The translations under genes were made by a program, and so were the position numbers. Below, one piece after another: positions 29,889-39,915 of a DNA stretch of 64,000 nucleotides (the stretch's first letter is position 1; every line of letters starts with the position of its first letter). The stretch is taken from positions 2,208,001 to 2,272,000 of the forward strand of contig CAVVPN010000003.1 in NCBI GenBank assembly GCA_963750165.1, read 5' to 3'. This stretch comes from an uncultured Gemmataceae bacterium. Its GTDB lineage: Bacteria; Planctomycetota; Planctomycetia; Gemmatales; Gemmataceae. The notes below the pieces were generated by a model. The model ran no database searches and was not told the origin of the DNA. It saw only the letters and a list, made by a program, of their open reading frames with translations.

Positions 29889-29999
29889 GGATTCACCACA
29901 AAGACACAAAGACGCACAAAGGAAAAACAAATAATGATCAGAACACTTGTTGTTCCCTGTCTTTTCCTTTGTGCGTCTTTGTGTCTTTGTGGTGAATCC
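29889..29999. repeat. Inverted CACAAAGA-type cassette overlapping the start of a CDS
   Basis: 38-bp arms GGATTCACCACAAAGACACAAAGACGCACAAAGGAAAA / TTTTCCTTTGTGCGTCTTTGTGTCTTTGTGGTGAATCC. Confidence 0.92.
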
Positions 30000-30809
30000 T
30001 CTGGCCAGCCGCGGCGCGTTACGAATCAGCGCGACTTCCTGCAACATTTGCAGTGGTCGCCCGACGGCAAGCGCTTCCTGGTCACGCGCATCCACGCCGG
30101 CAAGATGGGCCTGTGGACCATCGAGGTGGACGGCAAGCAATGGAAGCGGCTGCTGCCCGCCGACGCGGAGCCGCACTTCGACGGCCACTGGTCGCCGGAC
30201 GGCAAACGCATCGTCTTCGTCGCCGACAAGCTCCAGGGCACCGACGGCCAGCTGCGCATCGACGTGATGAACGCCGACGGCACCGAGGTGAAAACGCTGG
30301 TGCCGCACAAGGCTTTTGAGGAGTCGCCGCGCTGGGCGCCGGACGGCAAGCGCGTCGCCTGGGTCAGCACCCGCGGCGGCAACCCGGACGTTTACGTCGT
30401 GGACGCCGGCGGCGGCAACGTCAAGCGGTTGACCAGCGACACCGCCATCGACCACAACCCCAGCTGGGCGCCGGACGGCAAGCGCCTGGCGTTTTGCAGC
30501 GGCCGCGGCGGCAACTTCGACATATTTACCATGAACGCCGACGGCGGTGATGTGAAGCGCCTGACCGATCACCCGCGCATGGACTACTGGCCGGCCTGGT
30601 CGCCGGACGGCAAACGCATCGCCTTCACGTCCAACCGCGACGGCAATTACGAGATTTACGTGATGAACGCGGACGGCAGCGGTGTGCGCAACCTGACCCG
30701 CCACCCGGCGCAGGACAACTACGCGGCGTGGTCGCCGGACGGCCGCCGTCTGGCGTTCCTCTCCAACCGCGGCGGTGGATACAATATCTTCGTTGTGGAC
30801 GTTCCGTGA
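29934..30809 (+). CDS. TolB-like PD40 beta-propeller protein
   Basis: Six W(S/A)PDG(K/R)R repeats; SNRDGNYEIYVMNADG. Confidence 0.9.
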   Translation: MIRTLVVPCLFLCASLCLCGESSGQPRRVTNQRDFLQHLQWSPDGKRFLVTRIHAGKMGLWTIEVDGKQWKRLLPADAEPHFDGHWSPDGKRIVFVADKLQGTDGQLRIDVMNADGTEVKTLVPHKAFEESPRWAPDGKRVAWVSTRGGNPDVYVVDAGGGNVKRLTSDTAIDHNPSWAPDGKRLAFCSGRGGNFDIFTMNADGGDVKRLTDHPRMDYWPAWSPDGKRIAFTSNRDGNYEIYVMNADGSGVRNLTRHPAQDNYAAWSPDGRRLAFLSNRGGGYNIFVVDVP

Positions 30810-30904
30810 AGTCGAGCGGGGTCGCGTCAGCGCCCCGTGAAAAACGCACGGGCGCTGACGCGACCTCGCTCGACTTCACGGGGCGCTGACGCGACCCCGC
30901 TCGA
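30804..30904. repeat. Palindromic repeat with three arms
   Basis: TCGAGCGGGGTCGCGTCAGCGCCCCGTG followed by two inverse copies. Confidence 0.8.
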
Positions 30905-30934
30905 AGCTCCAGAATTGCGCCGGAGAAACCCATC

Positions 30935-31603
30935 ATGATTGCCATCGCACCGTCGATTCTCGCCGCGGACTTCAGCCGCCTGGGCGACCTGGTCCGCGAG
31001 GTGGACCAGGCCGGCGTCCAGCGCATCCACATCGATGTGATGGACGGCCATTTTGTGCCCAACCTGACCATGGGCCCCGTCGTCGTCCAGGGACTGCGGC
31101 CGGTCACGCGCCTGCCGCTCGAAGTCCACCTCATGATCGAGGAGCCGGCGAAGTTCGTGGACAGCTTCATCAAGGCCGGCGCCGACACGCTCATCGTTCA
31201 CAAGGAAGTGCTGCCCGATCCGAAGCCGCTGCTGCAGCGCGTCCGCGGTCTCGGCAAACGCATCGGCCTGGCGATCAATCCGGACCATCCCGTCGAGGCG
31301 CTGACGCCGTACCTGCCGCTGATCGACCTGGCCCTGTGCATGACGGTGTTCCCGGGCTTCGGCGGTCAGGCGTTCTTGCCGGAGAGCCCCGAACGCATCC
31401 GCCGGCTGCGGGCGCTGATCGGGCAGCACAACCCGGCCTGCGAGCTGGAGGTGGACGGCGGCATCGAGGCGCACACGGCGCCCGAAGCGGTGGCGGCGGG
31501 AGCGAACGTGCTGGTGGTCGGCACCGGCATCTTCGGCCACAAACAGGGGCCGACCGCGGCGGTGCGCGAGTTGCAGGCGCTGACGGGCGGTGGCACGCGC
31601 TAA
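30935..31603 (+). CDS. rpe: Ribulose-phosphate 3-epimerase
   Basis: APSILAADF, HIDVMDGHFVPN, MTVFPGFGGQ, EVDGG. Confidence 0.96.
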   Translation: MIAIAPSILAADFSRLGDLVREVDQAGVQRIHIDVMDGHFVPNLTMGPVVVQGLRPVTRLPLEVHLMIEEPAKFVDSFIKAGADTLIVHKEVLPDPKPLLQRVRGLGKRIGLAINPDHPVEALTPYLPLIDLALCMTVFPGFGGQAFLPESPERIRRLRALIGQHNPACELEVDGGIEAHTAPEAVAAGANVLVVGTGIFGHKQGPTAAVRELQALTGGGTR

Positions 31604-31714
31604 GCCGCAAGCGGCAGAACGGGCCTTGTCGCGGCGCACGGCGGGTTTTATCATAAATCCCATTCCCAATCGGGGCCCGCGTCCCCGGCAACGTGACGCA
31701 AAAAAGGAACGCCA

Positions 31715-31942
31715 ATGTCCATTGACAAGAGTCTCCGCCGCAAGAATACGCTGGCGCGTGCCCGCAACGTGCTGACGCGCGACGAACGCATCAAGGTGCT
31801 CATGGACGAGGAGCGCTGGCCGGACGGCCGCAGCCCCTATGGCCTGCCCAAGGTCAAGGTCGTCAAGGTCGTCATCAAGAAGGTCAAGAAGGCCAAGGAA
31901 GAAGAGAAGACCGAGGGCGAGGCTGGCGCCGCCGCCACCTAA
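31715..31942 (+). CDS. PVC-superphylum small basic signature protein
   Basis: MSIDKSL...RNVLTRDERI...SPYGLPKVKV plus a Lys-rich tail. Confidence 0.88.
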   Translation: MSIDKSLRRKNTLARARNVLTRDERIKVLMDEERWPDGRSPYGLPKVKVVKVVIKKVKKAKEEEKTEGEAGAAAT

Positions 31943-31961
31943 CCGCTGTCCCGCATTCCCC

Positions 31962-32004
31962 GACGCAGCCCGTTTCGCCGGCGAAATGGGCTGCGTCTTT
32001 GTTT
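31962..32004 (+). terminator. Intrinsic terminator
   Basis: GACGCAGCCCGTTTCGC/GCGAAATGGGCTGCGTC stem followed by TTTGTTT. Confidence 0.7.
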
Positions 32005-32020
32005 CCACCGGAGGCCCGTC

Positions 32021-32913
32021 ATGGCCGTCGCGCCGGCCCTGGTCATCGGTTTGGGCGAAGTGCTCTGGGACCTGCTGCCGGGCGGCAAGCAGCTCGGCGG
32101 CGCCCCGTTCAATTTCGCCTTCCACTGCCAGCAACTCGGCCACGCCAGCGCCGTCGTCAGCCGCGTCGGCCGCGACGCCCTCGGCGATGCGCTCCGCGCC
32201 GCCGTGCGCCAGTCCGGACTGAGCGACGCTTACCTTCAAACCGACGACACGCACCCCACCGGCACCGTCACCGTTGCCGTGGACGCGCACGGCCAGCCGC
32301 GCTACACCATCACGCCGGACGTGGCCTACGATTCCCTCGCCTGGGACGATGCGCTGGAACCGCTGTTCGGCGCGGCGCGGGCGGTGTGTTTTGGCAGTCT
32401 GGCGCAGCGAAACGCCGCCGCGCGATTGACCATTCAACGGGCGCTGGCCCAGGCAGCCTCCGGGGTAGCCATTCGGATTTTTGACATCAATTTACGGCAA
32501 AACTTCTACAACCGCGACATCCTTCAGCAGTCCCTGAACCTCAGCGACTGGGTCAAACTCAACGACGAGGAACTGCCGATCCTGCGCGACCTGTTCGGCC
32601 TGCACGGTGACGGCCACGTCGCGCTGCTGACCGACCTGCGGAGTCGCTTCAAGAGTCGGCTGGCGGCGCTGACGCGCGGCGCCCACGGCTGTCTGGTGCA
32701 GACCGACCGCGAACTGATCGACCTGCCGGGCGAGCCGGTGACGGTGGTCGACACCGTCGGCGCCGGCGACGCCTTCACCGCGGGGCTGCTGCGCGCACGC
32801 TCGAAGGCGCAGCCCTGGCCGACGCGGTGCGGTTCGCCAACCACCTGGCGGCGCGCGTCGCCGCGTCTGCCGGGGCAACGCCGCGCATCGACCGCGCGGC
32901 GCTCGTGGGTTAG
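32021..32913 (+). CDS. PfkB-family carbohydrate kinase (frameshift near 32795)
   Basis: GEVLWD, GGAPFN, FDINLR, KLNDEE, DTVGAGDAF; the tail ..AVRFANHLAARVAASAGATP* is in another frame, ending at TAG 32913. Confidence 0.87.
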
Positions 32914-33008
32914 ATGTGGCCGGAGGATTTTACTTGTCGTCCGGCGGCCCTGCTGTCATTCTGAACTCGTCGCCCGCCAGCCGCCCGCACCCCAACCGAG
33001 AACCATCC

Positions 33009-34601
33009 ATGCCTCTGCGCGTCACCTGCGATTGCGGCAAGCGCCTGCAAGTGAAGGACAACCTGGCCGGCAAGCGCATCCGCTGCCCAGAGTGCCAGGA
33101 GCTGCTGACCGTGCCCGCGGCCGAGGAACCGGAGGAAGAGGAACTGGACGAGGAGCCGGCGCCGAAGAAAAAGGCCCCGGCCAAGGTCACCGCCCGGGCG
33201 CCCGCGAAGCCGGCGCGGCGGCCCGAGCCGGAAGATGACGAGGAAGAAGAGGACGAGCGGCCGCGCGGCAAAAGCAAGGGGAAGAAGGGCAAGAAGGCCA
33301 CGCAGTCCTCTTCCAACCTCGTGCTGCTGCTGGGCATCGGCGGCGCCATTCTGGTGCTGGCGGGCGGCGCCGTGGCGGTGCTGCTCATCATGAACAAACC
33401 GGGCGACCCGAAAAAGCCCGCGCCCCAGGCGGCCAACACCGACGGCAAGCCGGACGACAGGGGCAAGGGCACGCGGGACAGCGGCAAGACGGACGGCAAG
33501 GGCAACCCGGACGGCAAGCGGCCTGTGAACGGCGGCCCGGAAGTGGCCATCGAACTGTTCGATCCGAAAACTCGGTACGACGAACAAAAATTCCAGGGCC
33601 GCGATGTTCCGGTCGCCGAGGTCAAGGTCAAGTATCGGTTCACCAAGGGGACGCCGCAGCCGGGCAAGTGGTATCTCTTTCTGGTGGAGATGGGCTCTGC
33701 GGCCGGCTTCATCGCGATGTTGCCGGGGGAAAAGCTCGAGGCGGAAGGAGAGGTGACGAAAGCCATTGTCATCCCGAAGATGGACCGGATCAGCCCGACC
33801 TTCAAGTTCTTTGTGCAGCAGGGGAACGGCAAAACCGGGCCGTTTCGCACGATTTCCCAGGAGGTGGAGTGCCCGTTCCAGATCGGCGGCGGCTGGCAAG
33901 GCCCGAAGACGAGCCCGTCCGGTGGCACCAGGACGGATGCCCCCGTCGTCAGCGCCGCGGCGCTGGCGAAGGAATTCCTGGCGGACAAGCAGGCGTTCGC
34001 AAAGAAGTACAACGACAAGACCGTGGACATCACCGGGACCGTGTACGGCTTCGATTTCGGCGAAGCACCTTCGTTGGGGTTGATGGGCGTCGAGGACGCC
34101 AACCAGAATCGCACCCTGGTGGACTGCCACTTTTCGGCCCAGCAGGAAAAGCAGGTGGCCAACCTGACGGCGGGGCAGACCGTGAAGGTCCGCGGCAAGT
34201 TTACGAACATCGGGGCCCTGGAATTTGACGGCTGCCAACTGCTGGAAACCGGCCCGGATCCCGCCCTGACGGTTTCGGTCGCGAAGCTCCTGCAGGAGTT
34301 TGCCGCCGACGCCGCCGCGGTGGACAAGAAGTACCATCGCAAGCAGCTGCTCGTGGAGGGGGTGGTCATTGCCGTCCAGCCCGTGGAGGGCAGCGGCTAC
34401 CGCTTCAAGCTCGCGGGCGCCAGCGGACAGGGCAAAGCGGCGTGGGTCGAAGTGGAAGTCTCGAACAACTTCAGCGAGCGCCAGAAAAAGCGGTACGCGG
34501 CCGTGGCCGTCGGCGACACCGTGCGCGTCCGCGGCGAGGCCAGCGTCCAGCCGACGAACCATCGCATTTTCGTCACCGCCCCCGTCTTGCTGAAGAAGTG
34601 A
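33009..34601 (+). CDS. Zinc-ribbon/TM protein with two OB-fold (tRNA_anti-like) domains
   Basis: CDCGKRL...IRCPECQ; TM; two SAAAL/SVAKL..EF.AD...KKY..K...(I/V).G.V units. Confidence 0.75.
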   Translation: MPLRVTCDCGKRLQVKDNLAGKRIRCPECQELLTVPAAEEPEEEELDEEPAPKKKAPAKVTARAPAKPARRPEPEDDEEEEDERPRGKSKGKKGKKATQSSSNLVLLLGIGGAILVLAGGAVAVLLIMNKPGDPKKPAPQAANTDGKPDDRGKGTRDSGKTDGKGNPDGKRPVNGGPEVAIELFDPKTRYDEQKFQGRDVPVAEVKVKYRFTKGTPQPGKWYLFLVEMGSAAGFIAMLPGEKLEAEGEVTKAIVIPKMDRISPTFKFFVQQGNGKTGPFRTISQEVECPFQIGGGWQGPKTSPSGGTRTDAPVVSAAALAKEFLADKQAFAKKYNDKTVDITGTVYGFDFGEAPSLGLMGVEDANQNRTLVDCHFSAQQEKQVANLTAGQTVKVRGKFTNIGALEFDGCQLLETGPDPALTVSVAKLLQEFAADAAAVDKKYHRKQLLVEGVVIAVQPVEGSGYRFKLAGASGQGKAAWVEVEVSNNFSERQKKRYAAVAVGDTVRVRGEASVQPTNHRIFVTAPVLLKK

Positions 34602-34649
34602 CGACCAACGAAAGCGCTTCGATTGTCGTTCCCGGACGGACTTTTCCGT

Positions 34650-34699
34650 TTGACAAAGCCTTCCGGCCGAGTAGGATTGAATAGAACTGACTGGTCAGT
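34650..34699 (+). promoter_or_regulatory. Promoter plus palindromic TetR-type operator for the RND operon
   Basis: TTGACA-N16-TAGGAT, then ACTGAC-TG-GTCAGT at 34686-34699. Confidence 0.65.
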
Positions 34700-34762
34700 C
34701 CGCAACCCGCCTTGCCCGCCGCCACGGCATCCCGCCGTGCTCGCCTCGACGCAGGAGACATC

Positions 34763-36073
34763 ATGATGACCGCGGCTCGCGCTCCGCAACCGCCGATTCA
34801 ACCTCGTTCCGAAGCACGTCGCCCCTGGCGGCGCAGCCGGCTGCCGTTGAGCGCCCTGGCGCTGGCGGCGGCTCTGGCTGGCGGCTGCGGCCACGGCCAT
34901 GGCGCCAACAAGACCAGCAAGCCGGCCGAGGTCATCGTCACGCAGCCGGTCACCGCCGAGCTGGTGGACTACCAGGACTTCACCGGCCGCCTGAGCGCCG
35001 TCAAGAGCGTCGATATGACGGCCCGCGTCAGCGGCTACCTGGAGTGGATTCACTTCAACGAAGGCGACGTGGTCCAGAAGGGGGCCAAACTCTTCAGCAT
35101 CGACCCGCGCACCTATCAGGCCAAGTACGACAAGGCGGTGGCCGACCTGGCGCGCTCCAGAGCCACCAAGAAGGCCGCCGATTACGAGGCCGTCCGCCAG
35201 CGTGACCTGATGAACAAGAGGGCTGGCGCCAAGACCGACCTCGACCTGGCCGTCGGCAAAGCCGAGGAGGCCGCGGCCTTCGTCAAGTATTGCGAAAGTG
35301 CGGTGGCGGACGTCAAGATCGACCTCGACTACACCCTGGTCACCGCGCCGATCACTGGCCGCATCAGCAAGTATTACATCACCGAGGGCAACCTGGTGAT
35401 GGCCGACAAGACGCTGCTCACGACCATCGTCAGCGAGGATCCGATCTACGTCAACTTCGACGTGGACGAGCGGACGCTGCTGAACCTGCTGGGGCCGACC
35501 TATCGCAAGGTGGGGCGGCTGCCGGACGTGCGTTTCCCGGTGCTCATCCGCCTGGCCAACGAGGATGAGTTCCGTTTCGACCCCAAGCACGCGGGGGTGG
35601 TGAACTTCATTGATAACCAGGTGACCGCCACCTCGGGCACCATCCGCATGCGCGGCGTCTTCCATAACCCGGACGGCCAGCTCAAGGCGGGCCTGTTCGC
35701 GCGCGTCCGCCTGCCGATTGGCGACGTGAAGAAGGCCATCCTGATCCCCGACGAGGCGCTGATGAGCGACCAGGGTCGCAAATACGTTTTCGTGGTCAAC
35801 AACAAGAACGAGGTCATTTATCGCAAGGTGCGGCCCGGCCAGCAGGTCGGCCTGCTGCGGGAGATTCTGCCGCCGGACCCGAAACAGGAGGGCAAGGAAG
35901 GCATCAAGGAGGGCGAGCGCATCATTGTGCAGGGTCAGCAGCGGGTGCGGCCGGGCGCGGCGGTCACCGTCAAGACGCAGCCGCCGCCGCAGGCGCCGCT
36001 GTCGCCGCTGGTGCGGTTGCTGACGACCACCCAGCAAGCGGCCGCGAAGCAGAAGCTGATTGACGCGGAGTGA
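34763..36073 (+). CDS. RND efflux periplasmic adaptor (lipoprotein)
   Basis: LAGGC lipobox-like; ARVSGYL, IDPR, APITGRIS, FIDNQV..SGT, GLFARVR. Confidence 0.93.
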   Translation: MMTAARAPQPPIQPRSEARRPWRRSRLPLSALALAAALAGGCGHGHGANKTSKPAEVIVTQPVTAELVDYQDFTGRLSAVKSVDMTARVSGYLEWIHFNEGDVVQKGAKLFSIDPRTYQAKYDKAVADLARSRATKKAADYEAVRQRDLMNKRAGAKTDLDLAVGKAEEAAAFVKYCESAVADVKIDLDYTLVTAPITGRISKYYITEGNLVMADKTLLTTIVSEDPIYVNFDVDERTLLNLLGPTYRKVGRLPDVRFPVLIRLANEDEFRFDPKHAGVVNFIDNQVTATSGTIRMRGVFHNPDGQLKAGLFARVRLPIGDVKKAILIPDEALMSDQGRKYVFVVNNKNEVIYRKVRPGQQVGLLREILPPDPKQEGKEGIKEGERIIVQGQQRVRPGAAVTVKTQPPPQAPLSPLVRLLTTTQQAAAKQKLIDAE

Positions 36074-36170
36074 GTGTGGGGCAAACATTCCTGTCTGCCT
36101 CCCCTGCTGTGGCCCCCAAGTTGTGGCCCGGTCTCCCGACCGGGCCACGGGCCTGATTGACGCGGAGTGA
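36056..36170. repeat. REP-like insert bounded by an 18-bp direct repeat
   Basis: CTGATTGACGCGGAGTGA at 36056-36073 and 36153-36170, flanking two hairpins. Confidence 0.8.
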
Positions 36171-36203
36171 AAAGGCGAACCGCGAGGCACCCGGGGACCG
36201 ACC

Positions 36204-39200
36204 GTGTTTTCGCACTTCTTCATCGAACGGCCGATCTTCGCGTCGGTGCTGTCGATCGTTATCTCGCTGGCCGGCGTCGTGGCGCTCATCCACCTGCCGG
36301 TCGCGCTGTACCCGCAGATCACACCGCCGAGCATCATCGTCTCCTGCACCTATCCCGGGGCCAACGCCAAGGTGGTCGCCGAGTCCATTGCCGCGCCCAT
36401 CGAGCAGCAGGTGAACGGCGTCGAGGGCATGATGTACATGTCCTCGCAGTCGGCCAACGATGGCTCCTACAGCCTGACGGTCACCTTCAAGCCGGGCATC
36501 AACCTGAATTTCGCCCAGGTGCTGGTGCAGAACCGCGTCAACCTGGCGATGCCGCTGCTGCCCGATGTGGTCAAACAGGCCGGCGTCACCACACGCAAGC
36601 GCAACCCGGACATCTTGCAGATCGTCAGTATTTACTCGCCCTCGGGCCGCTACGGCCGGCTGTTCGTCAGCAATTACGCCACGCTGCGCATCAAGGACGA
36701 GATTGCCCGCGTCGATGGCGTCGGCGACACGTTCCTCTTTGGCAGCCTCGACTACAGCATGAGAATCTGGGTGGACCCGGAGAAGCTGGCGGCGAAGGGC
36801 CTGACCGCGCAGGACGTGGTGGACGCCGTGCGCGAGCAGAACATGCAGGTCGCCGCGGGCCACGTCGGTCAACCGCCCACCGCCCAGGGCCAGCCGTTCG
36901 AGTTCACCATCACCACGCTCGGCCGTCTGTCGGAGCCGGAGGAGTTCGAGAACATCATCCTCCGCAGCGATGGCGAGGGCCGCAGCATTCGCATCAAGGA
37001 CATCGGCCAGGTATTGCTCGAGGGCCGCAACCAGGACGTGTCGTACAAGATCAACGGCAGCCCCTGCGTCGGCCTGGTCGTCTACCAGCTGCCCTATGCC
37101 AACTCCATCGAGGTGGCCGCGCGCGTCCGCGCCCGCATGGAGCATCTGAAGAAGCGGTTTCCCGATGACATCGATTACGTGATCGGCTACGACAACTCGC
37201 CGTTCATCGAGGAGTCGATCCATGAGGTGTTTCGCACGCTGATCGAGGCGATCATCCTGGTGGCGATCGTGGTGCTGGTGTTCCTGCAGAGCTGGCGCTC
37301 GACGCTGATTCCGCTGGCGGCGGTGCCGGTGGCTGTCCTCGGCACCTTCGCGGTCATGATCGCCGCCGGCTTCTCGCTGAACAACCTGACGCTGTTCGGC
37401 CTGGTGCTGGCGATTGGTATCGTGGTGGACGACGCCATCGTGGTGGTGGAGGCAATCGAACGGCACATCGAACACGGCATGGCGCCGCGGGCCGCCGCTC
37501 ACCAGGCGATGGCGGAGGTGTCCGGGCCGGTCATCGCGGTGGCGCTGGTGTTGTCGGCGGTGTTCGTGCCGTGCGCGTTCATCAGCGGCATCACGGGGCA
37601 GTTCTTCCGTCAATTCGCGCTGACCATCGCCGTTTCGACCGTCATCTCCGCGTTCAACTCGCTGACGCTGAGCCCGGCGCTGGCCGCCCTGTTGCTCAGG
37701 CCGCGCGTCAAGGGCAGGTTCGAGTCGCTGCCGCGCATCGCTTTCGTGGGCGTCCTGGGGTGGGCCGGCTTCCGCTTCCTGGGCCCGGTGCTGCAGCGGT
37801 TCGCCGGCGCGGTGTTCGACCCGGCCCCCCTGCTGGCGGCGGAGTGGGCCGCGTCCGTAACGCCGGCGGCGGTCACCGGGGTGCTGATCGGGGTGGCGCT
37901 CGGCTGGGTGCTCGGCAACGGCTTGCAGGTGATCCTGGGCTGGTTCTTCTGGCTGTTCAACTGGGGCTTCAACCGCACCACCGACGGTTACGCGCGGCTG
38001 GTCGGCCTGGGGCTGCGCGGCAGCGTGCTGGTGCTGCTGGTCTACGGCGGCCTGATCGGGCTGACCGGCTGGCTCGGGACGCAACTGCCGACCGGCTACA
38101 TCCCCAACCAGGACCAGGCCAAGATTTACATAGCCTTGCAGATGCCCGACGCCGCCGCGCTGGAGCGCACCGAGAAGGTGATGGACAAGATTTCCAAAAT
38201 CGTTCAGGAAGAGCCAGGGGTCGCCTACGCGACGGCAGTGTCCGGCCAGTCGTTCACGCTGGGGGCCAACGGCTCGAACTTCGGCAACATGTTCGTCAGT
38301 CTGGCGGATTTCAAGGACCGTCGCGATCCGAACCTGTCGAGCGACGCCATCGCCGCCCGGCTGCGGAAGCGGTTGGAGACGGAAATCCTTGAGGGCACGG
38401 TGGCGGTGTTCGGGCCGCCGCCGGTGCAGGGCCTGGGCTCGTCCGGCGGCTTCAAGATTCTCGTCGAGGATCGCAGCGACAGCGGCTTGAGGGAACTGCA
38501 GCGGCAGGCCGAGGGGCTGGTCGAATCCATCAAGCCGAACCAAAAGAAGCCGGAGACGCTGGCGCCGGACGCGCCGCAGCAGAAGGTCGCGAAGCTGTTC
38601 ACGGTCTTCCGGGCCAACACGCCGCAGCTGCACGTGGACCTCAACCGCGACCAGTGCCAGACGATGGGCGTCAATCCGCGCGACGTGTTCAGCACGCTGC
38701 AGACGTACCTGGGCTCGCTGTACGTCAACGACTTCAACCGCTTCGGCCGCACCTGGCAGGTGATCGTCCAGGCGCGCGGCGAGTTCCGCAACAACCCCGA
38801 CAAGGTGAAGTTGCTGCAGGTGCGCAACAACAAGAACGAGATGGTGCCGCTGGGCGCCGTCATGGAGGTGCGCGAAGTCGGCGGCCCGATCCTCGTGTCG
38901 CGCTACAACATGTACCCCGCCGCCGTGGTGGTCGGCGCGACCAGGCCCGGCGTCAGCACCGGCGAGGGCATCGAAGCGATGGAGCGGCTGTGTCACGACC
39001 ACCTGCCCGGCACGTTTGGCTTCGAGTGGACCGAGATCAATTATTTGCAGATCGACGCCGCCCACAACATCTGGAACAACCTGATCATTCCGCTGTCGGT
39101 GGTGTTCGTGTTCCTGGTGCTGGCGGCCCAGTACGAAAGCTGGGCGCTGCCGTTGGCGGTGATCCTGGTGGTGCCGATGTGCATTCTCGGTTCGCTGATC

Positions 39201-39740
39201 GGCGTCAGTCTCGCGAAGTCGGACATCAACATCTTTACCCAGATCGGCTTCGTGGTGCTGATCGGCCTGGCGAGCAAGAACGCGATTTTGATCGTCGAGT
39301 TCGCCAAGCACAAGCACGAGGAAGGCGGGCTGTCGCGGCGCGAGGCGACGCTGGAAGCGTGCCGGCTGCGGCTGCGGCCGATCCTGATGACGAGCTTCGC
39401 GTTCATCCTTGGCACGGTGCCGCTGCTGACGTCCACCGGCGCCGGCGCGGAGATGCGGCGGACGCTGGGCACGGCGGTGTTCAGCGGCATGCTCGGCGTG
39501 ACACTGTTCGGCATCTTCCTGACGCCCGTGTTCTTCTACGTGATTGCGGGCTTTGTGGAGAGCCCGCTGTTCTCGTCGGCGCGGGCGCGGCAGGCCGGCC
39601 AGGTGGTGTACTTCACGCTGGGCGTGGCGACGCTGGGCCTGGTGTGGCTGCCGATGCTGGTGGCGCGCTGGCTGCGCCGGCCCTACACCGCGCCGCGCAC
39701 GGCGGCGGGAACTCACCTGAACGGCAGCAACGGCGCGTAG
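36204..39740 (+). CDS. RND efflux permease (HAE1/AcrB family), copy 1
   Basis: FFIERPIFA, GIVVDDAIVV, KNAILIVEFA, RLRPILMTS. Confidence 0.95.
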   Translation: MFSHFFIERPIFASVLSIVISLAGVVALIHLPVALYPQITPPSIIVSCTYPGANAKVVAESIAAPIEQQVNGVEGMMYMSSQSANDGSYSLTVTFKPGINLNFAQVLVQNRVNLAMPLLPDVVKQAGVTTRKRNPDILQIVSIYSPSGRYGRLFVSNYATLRIKDEIARVDGVGDTFLFGSLDYSMRIWVDPEKLAAKGLTAQDVVDAVREQNMQVAAGHVGQPPTAQGQPFEFTITTLGRLSEPEEFENIILRSDGEGRSIRIKDIGQVLLEGRNQDVSYKINGSPCVGLVVYQLPYANSIEVAARVRARMEHLKKRFPDDIDYVIGYDNSPFIEESIHEVFRTLIEAIILVAIVVLVFLQSWRSTLIPLAAVPVAVLGTFAVMIAAGFSLNNLTLFGLVLAIGIVVDDAIVVVEAIERHIEHGMAPRAAAHQAMAEVSGPVIAVALVLSAVFVPCAFISGITGQFFRQFALTIAVSTVISAFNSLTLSPALAALLLRPRVKGRFESLPRIAFVGVLGWAGFRFLGPVLQRFAGAVFDPAPLLAAEWAASVTPAAVTGVLIGVALGWVLGNGLQVILGWFFWLFNWGFNRTTDGYARLVGLGLRGSVLVLLVYGGLIGLTGWLGTQLPTGYIPNQDQAKIYIALQMPDAAALERTEKVMDKISKIVQEEPGVAYATAVSGQSFTLGANGSNFGNMFVSLADFKDRRDPNLSSDAIAARLRKRLETEILEGTVAVFGPPPVQGLGSSGGFKILVEDRSDSGLRELQRQAEGLVESIKPNQKKPETLAPDAPQQKVAKLFTVFRANTPQLHVDLNRDQCQTMGVNPRDVFSTLQTYLGSLYVNDFNRFGRTWQVIVQARGEFRNNPDKVKLLQVRNNKNEMVPLGAVMEVREVGGPILVSRYNMYPAAVVVGATRPGVSTGEGIEAMERLCHDHLPGTFGFEWTEINYLQIDAAHNIWNNLIIPLSVVFVFLVLAAQYESWALPLAVILVVPMCILGSLIGVSLAKSDINIFTQIGFVVLIGLASKNAILIVEFAKHKHEEGGLSRREATLEACRLRLRPILMTSFAFILGTVPLLTSTGAGAEMRRTLGTAVFSGMLGVTLFGIFLTPVFFYVIAGFVESPLFSSARARQAGQVVYFTLGVATLGLVWLPMLVARWLRRPYTAPRTAAGTHLNGSNGA

Positions 39741-39834
39741 CGCGGCGCTGAACGGCCATGTGAAAGTCCTTGACGTCGGCGCCGCGCCGCTGAACGGCGC
39801 GTCCGAAACTCCACAGAAACACTCCTGAGTAAAT

Positions 39835-39870
39835 CCCGTCTTGTCTGCCGCAAGCGGCAGACAAGACGGG
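39835..39870. repeat. Hairpin between the two permease genes
   Basis: CCCGTCTTGTCTGCCG-CAAG-CGGCAGACAAGACGGG. Confidence 0.7.
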
Positions 39871-39915
39871 GCTCACGCAAGGGGAATGGGCAACAGACCA
39901 GTGAGGCAGTAACCC

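Noticed and set aside
32914..33238. C-terminal extension of the PfkB ORF to 33238
   Set aside because: Frameshift read-through that overlaps the next real gene.
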